A DNA stretch of 64,000 bases from Botryllus schlosseri (taxonomy: Eukaryota), in NCBI GenBank assembly GCA_051294905.1, contig CM119372.1, positions 15,068,001 to 15,132,000 of the forward strand, read 5' to 3'. The notes under the pieces were generated by a model. It did not search any database. It saw nothing but the letters and a program-made list of their open reading frames with translations, and was not told the DNA's origin. This document shows positions 14,419-27,200 of the stretch, piece by piece (the stretch's first letter is position 1; every line of letters starts with the position of its first letter). A program made the position numbers and the translations under genes.

Positions 14419-15295
14419 TTCCGCTAATAATTATTTCGTCCGTTTGTCTATCAGTTAGTTCAGCATTCTGGTGTAGGGAGTTCTGTGAGTAGCATGTGTT
14501 TCCTGATTTACGTATGTTTTAACGTTTATATTCTTTGTATCATAGTCTACAACAGGGGTGTAAAACATCCGGCCCGCGGGCCGCATCCGGCCCACCAGGC
14601 GATTTCATCCGGCCTGTGAAGCAATTCTGAGTAGGTTGAAAAATTATTTTAGTATCCATCACATTTGTAACAAACATTGAGATTTTCTGCAGCAAATACT
14701 TTCTTAAAATAATCCCTCAAGACAGCAAATGTCGAGCATGTTCATTGTTCATAGGTCACATAACCACCCGACTATGGCGTTGTGATTTCACTCTCTCTTA
14801 TTCGAGAGAGCAAAAAGTACACACTGAGTTCAGAGTTTTATTGAAAATAGACCCAAAGTAGTTCTTCAAAGAAGCGAAAACACCAACGCCGAACAGGTTT
14901 ATGCAGTTTACATGGAAGATATATTAGTTACACAAAAATCCAATTCATATATTTATAATCGCACTGCTTTGTCGCTTCCCACCCTATCGGTCCCCGGACT
15001 CGAGATTAGGTTGGTAATCTATAATTCAACCGGACCACCATCGTATTTTTGCCAATTCGATTGCTTGCGAATAAAGGTATTGCGACGAGCTATAATAAAA
15101 CCTCTATGAAGTGTGTATTATTTATCCATATAAGCTTATTAATGAAGAATTCAAGTAAAAAGCAAGGGCACGGGGTAACATTTTGGAATGAGTTGACTGG
15201 TCCGACTTGCCGCCGATTAGAAGGCTTGAATCCGGCCGGCGACGCAATTTGAGTTTGACACCCATGCTACACTTTTAGTGAATAAAAGCTTAGAA

Positions 15296-16767
15296 CAGTG
15301 GTTCTCAACCTTTTTGGCTTCGCGGACCCCTTTTGACCGTCACGGACCCTCGCGGACCCCCTCAAGTTTTAGTTCAAATTTACCTATATTATGGAGCAAC
15401 CGTCATCTGTTTTTTGCAAATATGAACTGTAGGCTTGCGGTAAGCAGCAAAATAATGATTTTTTTTTTAAATAACATCATACTATTTATGTAGAAATTGC
15501 TTGACTTTTATTATTTCAAAGCTAATTTTGCTGTTGTATTTCTTGAAGTACGTGGTCGTGTCTTGGAAATCCGTGTCGTCGTTTTGATATGAACGAGGAG
15601 TGCCGAAAACCATTTTCACGAAGCTAGATGGAGGCTAATGCAATATTACCGCATAACGCTTCCTACGATACTTTTGGCGTGATCGCAACATTTATGGCAA
15701 CAAAATGAAGAAATACATATTTTATGAACATAACACGTCCAGCATCTAGCGCAGGGACGGGCAACATACGGACCACGGGCCGGATTCGGCCCGCGACAGC
15801 ATTTTAATCGGCCCGCAGAGAGTTTCTACCGTCAAAGTGAAATCCTAATTTAAAAGTATAGACAAATTTTATGCGCCAAAGAATGGATCCAAGTTTTCCA
15901 AGCGGAGAAAGACTGGCATGAAACGACTTGTTCTGTTCATGTTTAAATATATATTTACGAGCAAACATTTTCGACCACGAACAATTGAACATTAACAAGA
16001 CAAGGCTGCATACTGGTATAACTGGTGATATGAATTTCAGGGTTGGGGCGTAATGCTTTGATAGCAACACAACAATCATAAAAAAATCAGACTTGTCGAT
16101 AGGGGATCCGCAGTAAGAATGCGCCAGATCTGAGAGCCGAGCTTTGAGACGATTTATGACGAGTGTCAGCCAAAAATATTGGGGTTCATTTCAATATGAA
16201 TACACTATTCAATTGCATATTGAAGTTCTGTACCTGCAAGAAGCTGCGCAAATAGTGGTTAGCCTATGTATATCACAGGATAAAATGGATTTCGCGGCGA
16301 GGTTTCAATCCCTGCATTGGGACAAATTAGGGAAATACTTCGGAAATATTTATTTCAAACGACTGTTCACTAATTCGATGAGACTGAAAACTTCAAATCG
16401 AGAAGGTTTCGCAGACATTACGAAGTCACCCTGATTGACGTTACTATCTCCATATTTTTATTTTTCCACAAACATCAACAAAACGTCAACAAAAACAGCA
16501 ATATGTTCGTATGAGCAGGTTATTGGAATGTTGGCAATAAAAATGAATTTCCACACCACGACAGTTCATGTCAGACGATTACTATGATGATATGAGTCAT
16601 GAGGTATTAGCAGTTGTTGTGCGAAACTGCCTCATGCTTTCTCAAATAAAAAAAATAAAGTGAAAATTACGTTATCAACCATTTTAAAAATTTAAAGGTG
16701 TCGCGGACACCCTGAAATTGCTTCGCGGACCCCTAGGGGTCCGCGGACCCCCGGTTGAGAACCGCTG
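15296..16767. mobile_element. Charlie/Buster-type hAT derivative with transposase C-terminal remnant and a nested MITE fragment
   Basis: TIRs CAGTGGTTCTCAACC / GGTTGAGAACCGCTG, perfect TSD GCTTAGAA and CGCGGACCC subterminal repeats. 15480-15720 is homologous to 22205-22445. Another MITE end (CAGGGACGGGCAAC) starts at ~15751. Confidence 0.88.
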
Positions 16768-17794
16768 GCTTAGAAAGCCGTATGTTTATTGGTGGGTTTT
16801 CCACGAAAGGTCACGACAACGCTCAAACACCAACATTCAATCAGAATAGAAAAGAATGATCTCACCGGTTCGCCAAATGAAAAGAACTCTTTGAACCTTT
16901 TCTTTTCTTCCTGGTTGCCCTTCGATTGGCCTAATGAAAGAATATTACGCGTCAGACGTCATGACATACAAGTAGTGTTGGGAGCACCGCTGGCGACCGA
17001 TAAAAAACTTCAGGGATTCGTTGTCAATTTTGGAAGGCCCAGAATCGAGTCAATTTAACAATGCGGTCAAAATCATAAAAGGTATATATTTGACAAAGCG
17101 GTAATCAAAGTAAAGGATGGTTTGCTAGCAGTCGATGATAATGATATCGCAGACATGGGCGATGAACTAATAAGTCAAATCGACTTTAGCTGCTAATAGA
17201 TTCTATTTTCATGCAAGTTCGGATTCAACATTATTTCGATTTCGAATGCTGTAAACATTTGAAAGTCACCTAGAAGCCTCTGCTTTTCGATGATAACGCG
17301 AACTCCGGTCTCAATCGATGAAGCCAGTCGTTCTTCAAATCCCGTGTGCTCAAACACCTTCAGAGGTTCCACCAGCGTGAGCGTCACATCACTATTCGAA
17401 GGCGTTTCTGGAACGTGAATATCAGGCGTTGAAACATTGATTTTCAATGCTCAAAATGCAGGGTGAATTCGATCCTCAGTCATAGACGATCGGAAATTCA
17501 CAGTGTTTGAATAAGGATTGCGTCAAAAGCAGATGCATGACAAAGGAAAACTTAACCGACTATTGTGTCCATTGAAATAAACCCGAATATTACGTTTTAC
17601 GGGTCAGAAATATAATCAATCCGCTCATAAATCAGTACCAAACGAATCCCGCTCACCGGGATAGTAATTCCCTTCCCAAGCTCTGCGGATGCATGGCTGG
17701 AAATACTCGTCAGTCGTATTCTCTTTTCGCGGGTATCGAATGCGAGAATCTTAAAATCGGCATGTAATACCGGCCTAAACGCGTAAAGAGCCTA

Positions 17795-19473
17795 TCAGAA
17801 AGACTCACTGAGTCTCTGTGACAGCGACTGCCCCCTCAGAAACTTGTAATATCTCCCGTGTGACCTCCTGTCGACTTCTTTCAGCGACAAAGTAATCGAT
17901 CTTAGGTCTTGCTCCAACTTCTCTCCCTTTCTCTTTTCCTCTCGCTCTCTCTTTTTCTGCTCCTTTCTCTCTTTTCGACGCTGCTTCTCTACTCTGTCGA
18001 AGTCGTCCTCCAATTTCAATTTCACGGGCAACCATTTCTGAGGCGCCCTAAACACTCTGCTCACAGACAATCCGCTGCTATTGCCAGCCTCTTTTCTTTC
18101 TTGTCTCTCCTTCTCCCGCTCCAATTTCAATTGCAATCTGTCCTCTTTGTCCTGGTTGCGGAGAAACTCCTTAACTATCCTGCTATGTTCTTTGCTTTCT
18201 TTCTGCTTCATTTTTTCGATGAGCTTCCTTTCTTTCCTTTCCTTTCTTTTCTGCTTCTTCCTTAGAGCTTTCTCCTCCTTCCGTTCTTTGTATTCCATCT
18301 TTTTGTTTTCTTTATGAATATTTTTCAAGGCTTTCTTGGATTTCTTTCCGTTCAACTCCAAGTTGAAAGATTGTATTTCCTCGTCACCGTGTTTTTCGTG
18401 TAGTTTTGCAGGATACGCTTCATTATCTGATGATGATGAGCTTTCTGACGTCTAAAAATAATAGTGAGCACTGACCAACGTCACCTAATCAATAACGCCT
18501 ATATAGCAGAGCTAGACAACTAGAAACCTAGGCACCTGGTTTCTCGTCCTGTGGATAGTCGTTTAAAGTATTTATCAGATTGCGGATGATCAAATTACAA
18601 GCCCACCAATATTTTCTTATAATTCAAAATGCCCATCATCGTCGAGTCGCCTTTCTGAATTTCCTTTTCTGGTTTCTCCAGCTTGCTGGCAGAACGATTG
18701 AACTTTTTGTCGGCTGTTTCGTGAGATAGGCCTATAAGATGTAATTTATGTAACTTCTCTTCCAACTTCAAATCGACAGCGTTGTCTGTACTAGAGTGGT
18801 TCTGAATATGCAACAAGAGTATTGAATACAGAGTCATATTATAAAGTAAACGACATAAATTCAATACGAAAAGAAATTACAAAGCATTCCAATTTTCGCG
18901 GGTTCTTTCCAGAGCCTTCCGATTTGAGAATGTCGTAAATATTGACTGACTCCGAATCGGAATGTTGCTATTTAAATTGAAACAATTGTGAGATTACTGC
19001 CGACAAAAGAAACTTGATGTGGTTCAAAAAGCATACCTGTTCCGGGATCGCGATGTTTTTCGCGGATCCCTCCGATTTGAGGATGTTGGAGACATTCAAC
19101 GACTCCGAATCAGAATGTTGCTATGTAAAATTGAAACCACTGTGAGATTACTGAAAAAAAGAGAAACTTGATGAGAATAAGAAAGCACACCTTCTCGGGG
19201 ATATTCTTTGTCGAATCTTCTGATTTGAGGATATCGGAGATATTTAACGACTCCGAATCGGAATGTTGCTATGTAAAATTGAAACCATGTGAGATTACCG
19301 CCGAAAAGACAACTTGATATAAATGAAAAAGCATACCTGCTCCAGGGTGTTCTTTGGTGATTCCTCAGACTTTAGAATATCCGATATCTCAGAGTCGCAG
19401 CGCTCAGTGCCATTCTGCAAGAAGACATAAAGCCATGAACTCTACCTAACTCATTACCCATATATCATACCAT
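17795..19473 (-). CDS. Orphan ~393-aa protein: four N-terminal S/D-rich repeats plus a long K/E/R-rich helical or coiled-coil C-terminus
   Basis: ATG|gtatga at 19473-19471, then exons 19414-19337, 19268-19191, 19120-19037, 18967-18881, 18801-18607 and 18451-17795. All introns are GT-AG and phase 0, and the frame is open to the stop at 17795. The last exon contains the 188-aa ORF of the track. No recognised homolog. Confidence 0.75.
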
Positions 19474-19495
19474 GTTTAACGTTGCGACCCACCAC

Positions 19496-20285
19496 CAGAA
19501 GTGGTCACTGGTCATACAGTACCGAGGTAATTCTACTTTTTTTAAATACTCATGTAGTTTTCCACCAATTGCAGTATTTAATCAAGCACATCGAATTTCT
19601 GCTACTTCTATTTCATAATCTTTTGTGATTTACCTACTTACTTTTCTTTATTTTCAGTTTGTTAAGTAGAAGTATTATATTCCTTTTCGGACCTGTTTTC
19701 ACAGAGTATCATCAATAATTTAATTTTCACAAAAGTTGAGTAAAGCCCAGAATTTTCGTCGCGTTTCGCGCAAAGTAGATATGGAGTGACAAATATGTTT
19801 TCGCGGAAGTTTCGGCGAAGATAATTTAGGTGGCGGGTCGCGTGGTTCCGCACACGCCGCATTGTCGCCCATATGATATGTTTCATCACAGTAAATATGA
19901 CTCATAAAAACGCTTGGAACTACCGTTTATCCATCTAGCATCTATACCTATCGTATCGTAATGCAGCAGCACATGGCGTGTCCTAATCTGGAAAAATGGT
20001 CTCTAGCTATATATAAACCTGTTTTAGTGCACCAGCGTTGAAGCTTTCTCGACAAAAGACTTGAAATAATATTTCGCTTCTTAGTAGCATTTGTATTTCT
20101 ATTTTAATTCACAAGTCTTGTAATTCATTTCAGTTTTTTTATCGGGCGATCATATATGACGATTGTTGGCGGTTGAAACCAAATGTAGTATTGCCTTTAG
20201 TTTCTGGAAATAGAATTACAGTATGGCGTTTTTACGATCCAATATATCTTACTTACTTGAGTAGCTTTCTTGACTACTTTGACTT
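19496..20285. mobile_element. Degenerate copy of the CAGAGGTGG-TIR hAT MITE family
   Basis: Internal blocks (AAAAGTTGAGTAAAGCCCAGAATTTTCGTC, GGCGTGTCCTAATCTGGAAAA) match 57500-59291 and the reverse complement of 44077-45343. Ends are eroded. Confidence 0.75.
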
Positions 20286-21572
20286 AATATGTCAGCTGAT
20301 GCAGAGTAGATAAATTGGCTGCATTGAGATATATTGACGTACAGCACGGTCAGGGGGCTCATTGACTCTACATATAGTGATCAACTCCACCCCCTTTCTA
20401 TACCGGTCACTGCATCACTAAACTATCAGTTGTGATTGTGATTAGCAAACACACACAGCCGTTTCATACTTAACTATAACTCCAGTATTGATCGATTCAC
20501 AGAAAGCCGCGACAGCTATCAGGGAGCTGCGCACCAAAATAGTGAGTATTCATGTTATGAAAAAACAGTGTACATATTTCGTAATTGCTTGGAGCGTGAG
20601 AAACTTTTGAAGTTAATAATGTATTCTGTTAATAATGTTGATGCTTGCCTATATTGCGATCAATTCCTGATCTTCACTCAGCAAAAGTGATCAGATTACA
20701 CATTATACGAATCCAAGTTGTAATTTTCTGCGACGTATACCTGAATTAATAATGTAGGACAAATAATGTGATAAACCCCTGTCGGAAGAAATCCCGCTAC
20801 GCGTATCTTCAAAGCAATGTCTCAGATGTATCATTATTCTCGGATCATTTACGCAATTGTTACACGGAAATAACTGTTGATCCTAAATGAATAATTACAA
20901 CGAGACCATAAACGCTGTTATAGAGAAATTGCTATGACCAGACAAGCATTGAATAACTACTGAAAAAATTCGATTGAACCATTATATGTAGGGTGAGGTT
21001 TTGTCCTATTTAGCCTACTCGGGAAATCGAAAATGTCGTCCGAGGACACCTAAATGCACTCCTTTCTGAGAATTAGTCATCCTTTACAGATTTTACGGCT
21101 AGGCTAATGGACAGGCACAACCAAAAAAACGCCCTAAATTACGCGGAATCTGCAATGTGGATGTTCGAGCGGGTCTTTCTGGACTGAAAAAAAACTTTTT
21201 TGTTTTTTAGTCAACACCACAGCAGCATTATTATAAAGTGTGTCATTCGGGAGACGAGCCGGAAAGAGAACCTTTTTTTAGTCAACACAACAGGATTTCC
21301 CGAAAAAATGTTGTAGAATCAGCAGTTTCGGAGTCCGGTCTCAAGGTCTCTCACTCAAGGATATCGCGAATTTTCACAGAAAATTTTTCTTACCTGAGCA
21401 TCCATATTGCAAGACAACATTATCGATCGAATAGAAGACAAGTGTATTGATAGAGAGTTACGCGAAGCCATTTCACAAGAATACGCACATGATGTAGAAT
21501 ATTACAAAAATCCGCTAGGTGAACTATTTTCATATTATTATGACGTCACAGGAGCATATAGTTCTCATAAGA

Positions 21573-21978
21573 TAGGGTTACCATATTTTGGAAATCTGAA
21601 AAGAGGGCACTTTTTCAAAATTTTCAGACTTGCAATACCGGAAGAAACCCCTGAAAAAATGGTAAATTTTTTGCACTTCGTGGCCGGTTGACTAAAAAAG
21701 GTCAAATTTCCTGCTCAGGTCCCAAAATACAGTCTTTCCTTGCCCATTATCAGTTGGTTGACTCAAAAAAGTCAACTTTCCGGCTCAGCTCCCGAAATAT
21801 CTGCCGGTGCGTTACTTAAGTGCTGGTTTACTCTATCTCAGTCGAATTTTGCCCTATATTTAACCAAAATTCTCAAAAAAGAGGACGTCCTCCGACGACA
21901 GGCGTCCTCCGAGGACACTTTCAAAAAAGTAAAAAAAGAGGACAAATCCCCTTTAAAAGAGGACGTATGGTAACCCTA
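21573..21978. mobile_element. hAT MITE, TAGGGTTACCATA family
   Basis: TIRs TAGGGTTACCATA / TATGGTAACCCTA, TSD TCATAAGA/TTATAAGA, GAGGAC subterminal repeats. Other copies at ~10543-10935 and 36485-36895. Confidence 0.9.
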
Positions 21979-22024
21979 TTATAAGATGATTGACCCTTAA
22001 CAATACAGCGATGACTACTATAGG

Positions 22025-22600
22025 TCAGTGGTTCTCAATGTTTTTGTCTTTGCGGACCCCCTTTGGGCCGTCACGCCCCCCATACACATACACTAAATTA
22101 TATTTTAAATATAGCTCAGTCATCATGCAACAGTCACCTGTCTTGTGCAAATAGTAACTGTAGTATAAACAGCAACAAAATGACATTTGTCGAAAATAAC
22201 ATGATACTATTTATGTAGAACTTGGGAAGACTTTTATTATTTCAAAGTGAATTCTGTATCTGCATTTCTTGAAATACGTGGTTGTGTGCTGAAAATTCGC
22301 GTCATCGATTTGATATGAACTAGTGCCGAAAATCCGATTCCACAAAGATATAAGGTGGTGAATGTAATAATAACGCGTAACGCTTCCGTCGACATCGTTG
22401 GGTATGATGGTCGCAACATATATGGCACCAAAATTGAGAAATACAATTGCTAATAAACAGAGAACTTCCAGCCTAGTCTTTTCTATCTATACCAGCGCAT
22501 CTTGAAGAGATTTTGGAATAGCGATTATACCATTCACAGGAGAAAATGGATTTTTTTCCAAAACCCGACCAACATTATCTTTGAATTTATATTTTCAGAA
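22025..22600 (-). pseudogene. hAT (Charlie/Buster) transposase C-terminal remnant within a truncated element
   Basis: ORF 22237-22446 reads ALRVIITFTTLYLCGIGFSALVHIKS..TQPRIS, resembling the hATC dimerisation motif (ALxxLxPFxTTYLCExGFSxLxxIK). TIR CAGTGGTTCTCAA at 22025. Confidence 0.7.
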
Positions 22601-22828
22601 TCGGTGCGACAGTAGCTTTCGATCAGGGATATATAGAACTCTAGGTCTATATCCCTGCTTTCGATGACCAAATTCAGTAAATTCTGCGCTCTGAGTGATA
22701 GCTTTTGGATTGCCAGAAATCCTACAGTCGCAGCCGCGAATCAATCCAGATTCCAGCCTCCGCTTATCGGATCGAAACAGAAAAATTTGTCGTTGCCATT
22801 CCATGTTAACATTCGATAGTACAGCAGT

Positions 22829-23212
22829 TAGAGATGTACAGGATCAGGATTTTTGATTCTAACCGGATAGGAATCCGTCAAGTTTTTCTCAAACAAGATT
22901 GGATCCGGATTCACATTTTACACCACTGCCGGATCTGGATCACGACAAGATTTTAAATATACGGAATTCGCTTTCTGATTGTTTACTTCGATGTTTTGTA
23001 TGATCTCGGAATCAGCTGACTTCAGCGTTGCACCAGTATTTTGAAAAATCCCTGATCTAGAGTCAAATAGCTGTTCAACCTTGTTCAGAATATTTTTGGA
23101 TCCAGATTTTAACATTTGAGACGGAAACGGGATCCGGATGGAATTAGGATTTCATTTTATCGAACGGGATCGGATCCTTATCCCGAAAACCATGATCGGT
23201 ACACATCTAACT
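22829..23212. mobile_element. MITE with GGATCC/CCGGAT subterminal repeats
   Basis: Starts TAGAGATGTAC and ends near GTACACATCTA, with many GGATCCGGAT motifs. Flanking direct repeat ACAGCAGT. Right boundary approximate. Confidence 0.6.
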
Positions 23213-24246
23213 ATAACAGCAGTTGCAATACCATAGTCGTATAAAGGCTATGCTGTAATCACCGGCGAGTTGACTAAAAAATGGTCAACTTTTTGACTCG
23301 ACCTCGCAATTACACTTTACAGCTAAATTTTCGTGAGTTGACTAAAAAAGGCTCCAATATAGATGTTCGCGCCATCGCCTCCCTATCGCCCCCTTCGTTA
23401 TTTTCGCCCCCCCCCCCCGAGACCGCCAAATCGCCCCCCTTTTTGTTTTTTGCTTCGTGCTTGAAATGATCTTTGCCCAATATCATAAATGGGGAAATCC
23501 CTTGAGTTAACTTCCATCACGGCATCACCGAAGTCAATGAGTGACTTTGAGTTTCAAGTTCCACTACACATACCAGTCATCGTTATCCTTTGATTTATAA
23601 GTATTTTCATCAATTCAAGTCACGATAACACGAAAAGATAGGATGGTGTTGAAATGACTAAGACAGTTAGTTACAGTAGATATATATATTCCCATCAATG
23701 GAATATTGCAATGGAACTAATCGAGCAAAAATGAAACTGTAAAAGTGAAACTGAATCACGGCATGTAAAGGAGAGAATTAAGTATTTGATGAATAAGGTT
23801 ATTGAATATGATATAGATTAGATGTTTGTAGAAATGGACATCGGTCTATTACTGTGGACTGTGGAGTACTTAATGTGGGTAAAGGTCAAGCAATCTACGG
23901 CCGTAACACCAATTTTTTATGGGCTACGGGGTAGACTCTAGGAGGGTCCTGGATTATGTGCTTTAGTTCATTCCGGCTACTTATGGGCATGTGAACAGGT
24001 CAGTAGATTCAGTATAATAGTCTGTCCATCCAACTTTATGTTATAAGGGATATATTTTGGTCATTGCAACACTGCTTTTTGTAGTAGGTTATAACATCAA
24101 AATAAACTTATGTTTATGTATGTCATCGTGAGTTATACGCTACTAGTCACCAACTAGAATTCAAAAACGTATATATCATAACCATACTTGATGTTCATAT
24201 TAGCGGTTCATTAACTAATTTTTGTTGTATATTAAGCATACTATAA

Positions 24247-27200
24247 ATGTTTTTATCGCTGAAGCCGTTCAAAATAATTAACTCTGTCCCACATTTGAAG
24301 CAATCATCGACATGGGACTGTGGCATTGCATGTCTATCAATGGCGATAAGGTCAGTATTGTTGTAGGCCTAGATTGATTGAGATTTAATAGATTGGCATG
24401 AATTTTCAGTCATGTCAAACCTGATCTGAATGACAAGAGCATATCCGAGGCGTGTGAAGAATATAATCTTGATGAAAGTGTATGGACTATCGATTTGGCT
24501 TATATCTGCAAGATATTGGGTACGTTTAATTCATTTCTTCAGGATATGAGAAATGTACGATATGTATTGTAGACTTTGTCGAGTTTATATATTTACTGTG
24601 AAATAATTACATGTATGATTTCGAACCGTATTTTTGTTTGTTCATGAGGGGAAATGTTGGCTCCTGTCATAGTTAATTGGGCTAATAATTATTTGGCATC
24701 TTTGATTGACGAAATTATATATTTGCCATGAGACCAATTGAGGTGTTGGGTTGCCTCTTGACGTGTTGTTGACTAGGCAATGCACACATTGTATTGGCTA
24801 TTTGGGGGGATGAAGGTGGAGTCACAATTTTGGCCGTTCCTTACAAGTTTTGAAACCATTCAACTTTATATTATCTGAATCGGTGATTAGTAACCTACAT
24901 TTGAACGCCATTGCCAGGTATAAAGCATAGATTTTGCACCCGGACAATCGGCGTAGATGAAAATTACTCGAATGAGTCATTCTATACTTGTGAAATGAAG
25001 GGAACATTTTCCGAGGAACAATCCCGAGTGAATAGTAGATTCCAGCATGCTGCAGAGAACAATGTAAATGTGATCAATGTATCGGTGGATGTTGAAGAGA
25101 TATTGGAAAGCATTTCAAAAAATCAGGTGACAAAATCACTTTTACTAAGTCCATCACTATTGTAGTGAGTGAAAAATTGTGGTCAATGAAAAAAAATACT
25201 ATCCAAATTCAGCTAACTATAAACTACAGCATCACTTTTTGGACATATTGTCTGTATTTTATCTGTCAGCAATCACCGGGTTTTGTCATAAATTAAGTCA
25301 ATTCTGAGGTAAGTTGAACTATCTCAAGTTCATCATCTTGTTCTCATTACCAAAAAGAGACTTATTTATTGTTGTATCTCTTCTATGTGACATTTGTTAT
25401 TTAAAATTGACACTAAGTTATGTGAATCAAACTGAATATCAAACACTACAATAAATATCACATTAGATATCAGCAATTTATTGTATTAAAATGCATAATG
25501 TACACGTTACACTGCTGTAATACTGTGCTGAAATGGTTCCCTTACCAGGGCTGTCAACTTGCAAGATTTATGATATTTTAGACCTTTTAATAAAGTTGAC
25601 GATGTTATTTTCAGGTGGCAATCGTGCTGATTAATGACAGAGTTCTGCGGCCACAAGTGCAGAAATGGGATTCCTCGTTACACAAAGAATACGGCAGAGT
25701 GCAAGAGTGGTTGTTGCAGTTGCTTTATTGCTTCCAATGCAGAAGGAATCGTCATCGCCATTCCAAAAGAGATACTAACGTTTCTGAAGAAGCTTATTGG
25801 GGACACTATGTATTAGTTATTGGATACGACCTAAGAAATAATAATTTTATACTACATGATCCAAGTTCAGATGGTGAGTACATGCTATAATGTAGATTAG
25901 TACTTCTCAACTTCTCGTGCATATATTAATAGTGGAATGTATTGGCAAATGATGTCCAGCTAGATAGCCAACTTCATGAAGTTATCTGTGCACATATATC
26001 CGAGATCCTGGTGGTCTCAAATGTATTATGAACTGAAGGAAAATCTTTAGTTATCGACTGCGAAAATTGCTCCTGTCCCGGGTGGCTCGGCTCTGAAGAC
26101 TATGTCATATCGAGCCTCCCGTCTACCTTACATGTCTCATTTCACTGTTACATTTTTGTAGTGTTATGTTGATATGTAATGTATACGAATAAAGATTCTC
26201 TCTCTCTCTCTCTCTTTGGGGTCTCGTTAGACTTTTAAAGAAACTTGACTCAAAACATATGCTACTCATGGGTGCAGTACAATAAAGTTCTCGATTTAAA
26301 CCTCACCATTTCTACACAATATCCCCCATAAAATATATTTGATATCGTGAACATGTTGCACACGAACAACAGTTAGAATGATTGGTAACTTCAATAACAC
26401 TACCACTACCAACCATGGGACTTTTTTGTATCAGATTACCTTTGCTATTCTCATAATCCGAATGAAAGTTGCCTATATAAGAAAATTTAGCCCTCTCCTC
26501 TCAAGCAAATAAAAACTGATGAACTTCAAATAAAACTGTGTTTTTGTAGTGCATTTCAGGAAATTGTTTCTTTCTGATACTCTTGTTATACACAGCGATT
26601 GAGAAAGTTGCCTGGTGATTCACAATAAATAACAGTTGATAAGTACAGCTGTAGGCTAGGTATGTTACTCTATTTGGTGTCACGTATAGTCTTGATGACG
26701 TAAACGAGTACAGGAGTACTTATACCTTTTTTCCGATTAGGCCTATTCAAGTAGGTTTGTCTTTTGGACTTATCTTACTCAATTGGCTGAGTTTTCACAC
26801 TACACTACACTACTTTTGTTTTCTACATAAATCATTTTTGTCATAAAATTTGCTACTTGTTCAATGTACATGTATTTGAGTAGGAATTTACGGCATTATG
26901 TCAAATTGTCCTGGAAGATCATCAGTGACGACTTTTTCACCTTGTGAAGCTAATTGTTCGACTACCATTCCTTGAATGCAGAGGTGGTTATTGATGAAGT
27001 ACCGTACTTATACTTTTTCGAAGTAGGAATACTCCTACTTGCAGTGCTTAGTCAAGTAAATCTAATTTCTTCGCTACTTATACTTCTACCTCATCATTTT
27101 TGTGACTTGCTTACTTTTTGCTATTTACAGACGATATTTGCTATTTACAGACAAGATTTGTGTTGCACCGGGGTGGAAAACGTACAGTACAGCTATTTGA

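Noticed and set aside
16789..17560. Coding-looking stretch including the 84-aa ORF 17193-17447
   Set aside because: I could not build a phase-consistent exon chain on either strand, and there is no homology cue.
17909..18317. Hydrophobic L/F/S-rich plus-strand ORFs resembling membrane proteins
   Set aside because: They are antisense shadows of the K/E/R-rich exon.
17795..19473. Identity with a known tunicate allorecognition factor (highly charged BHF-type protein)
   Set aside because: Only compositional similarity. I see no sequence match or expected neighbouring genes.
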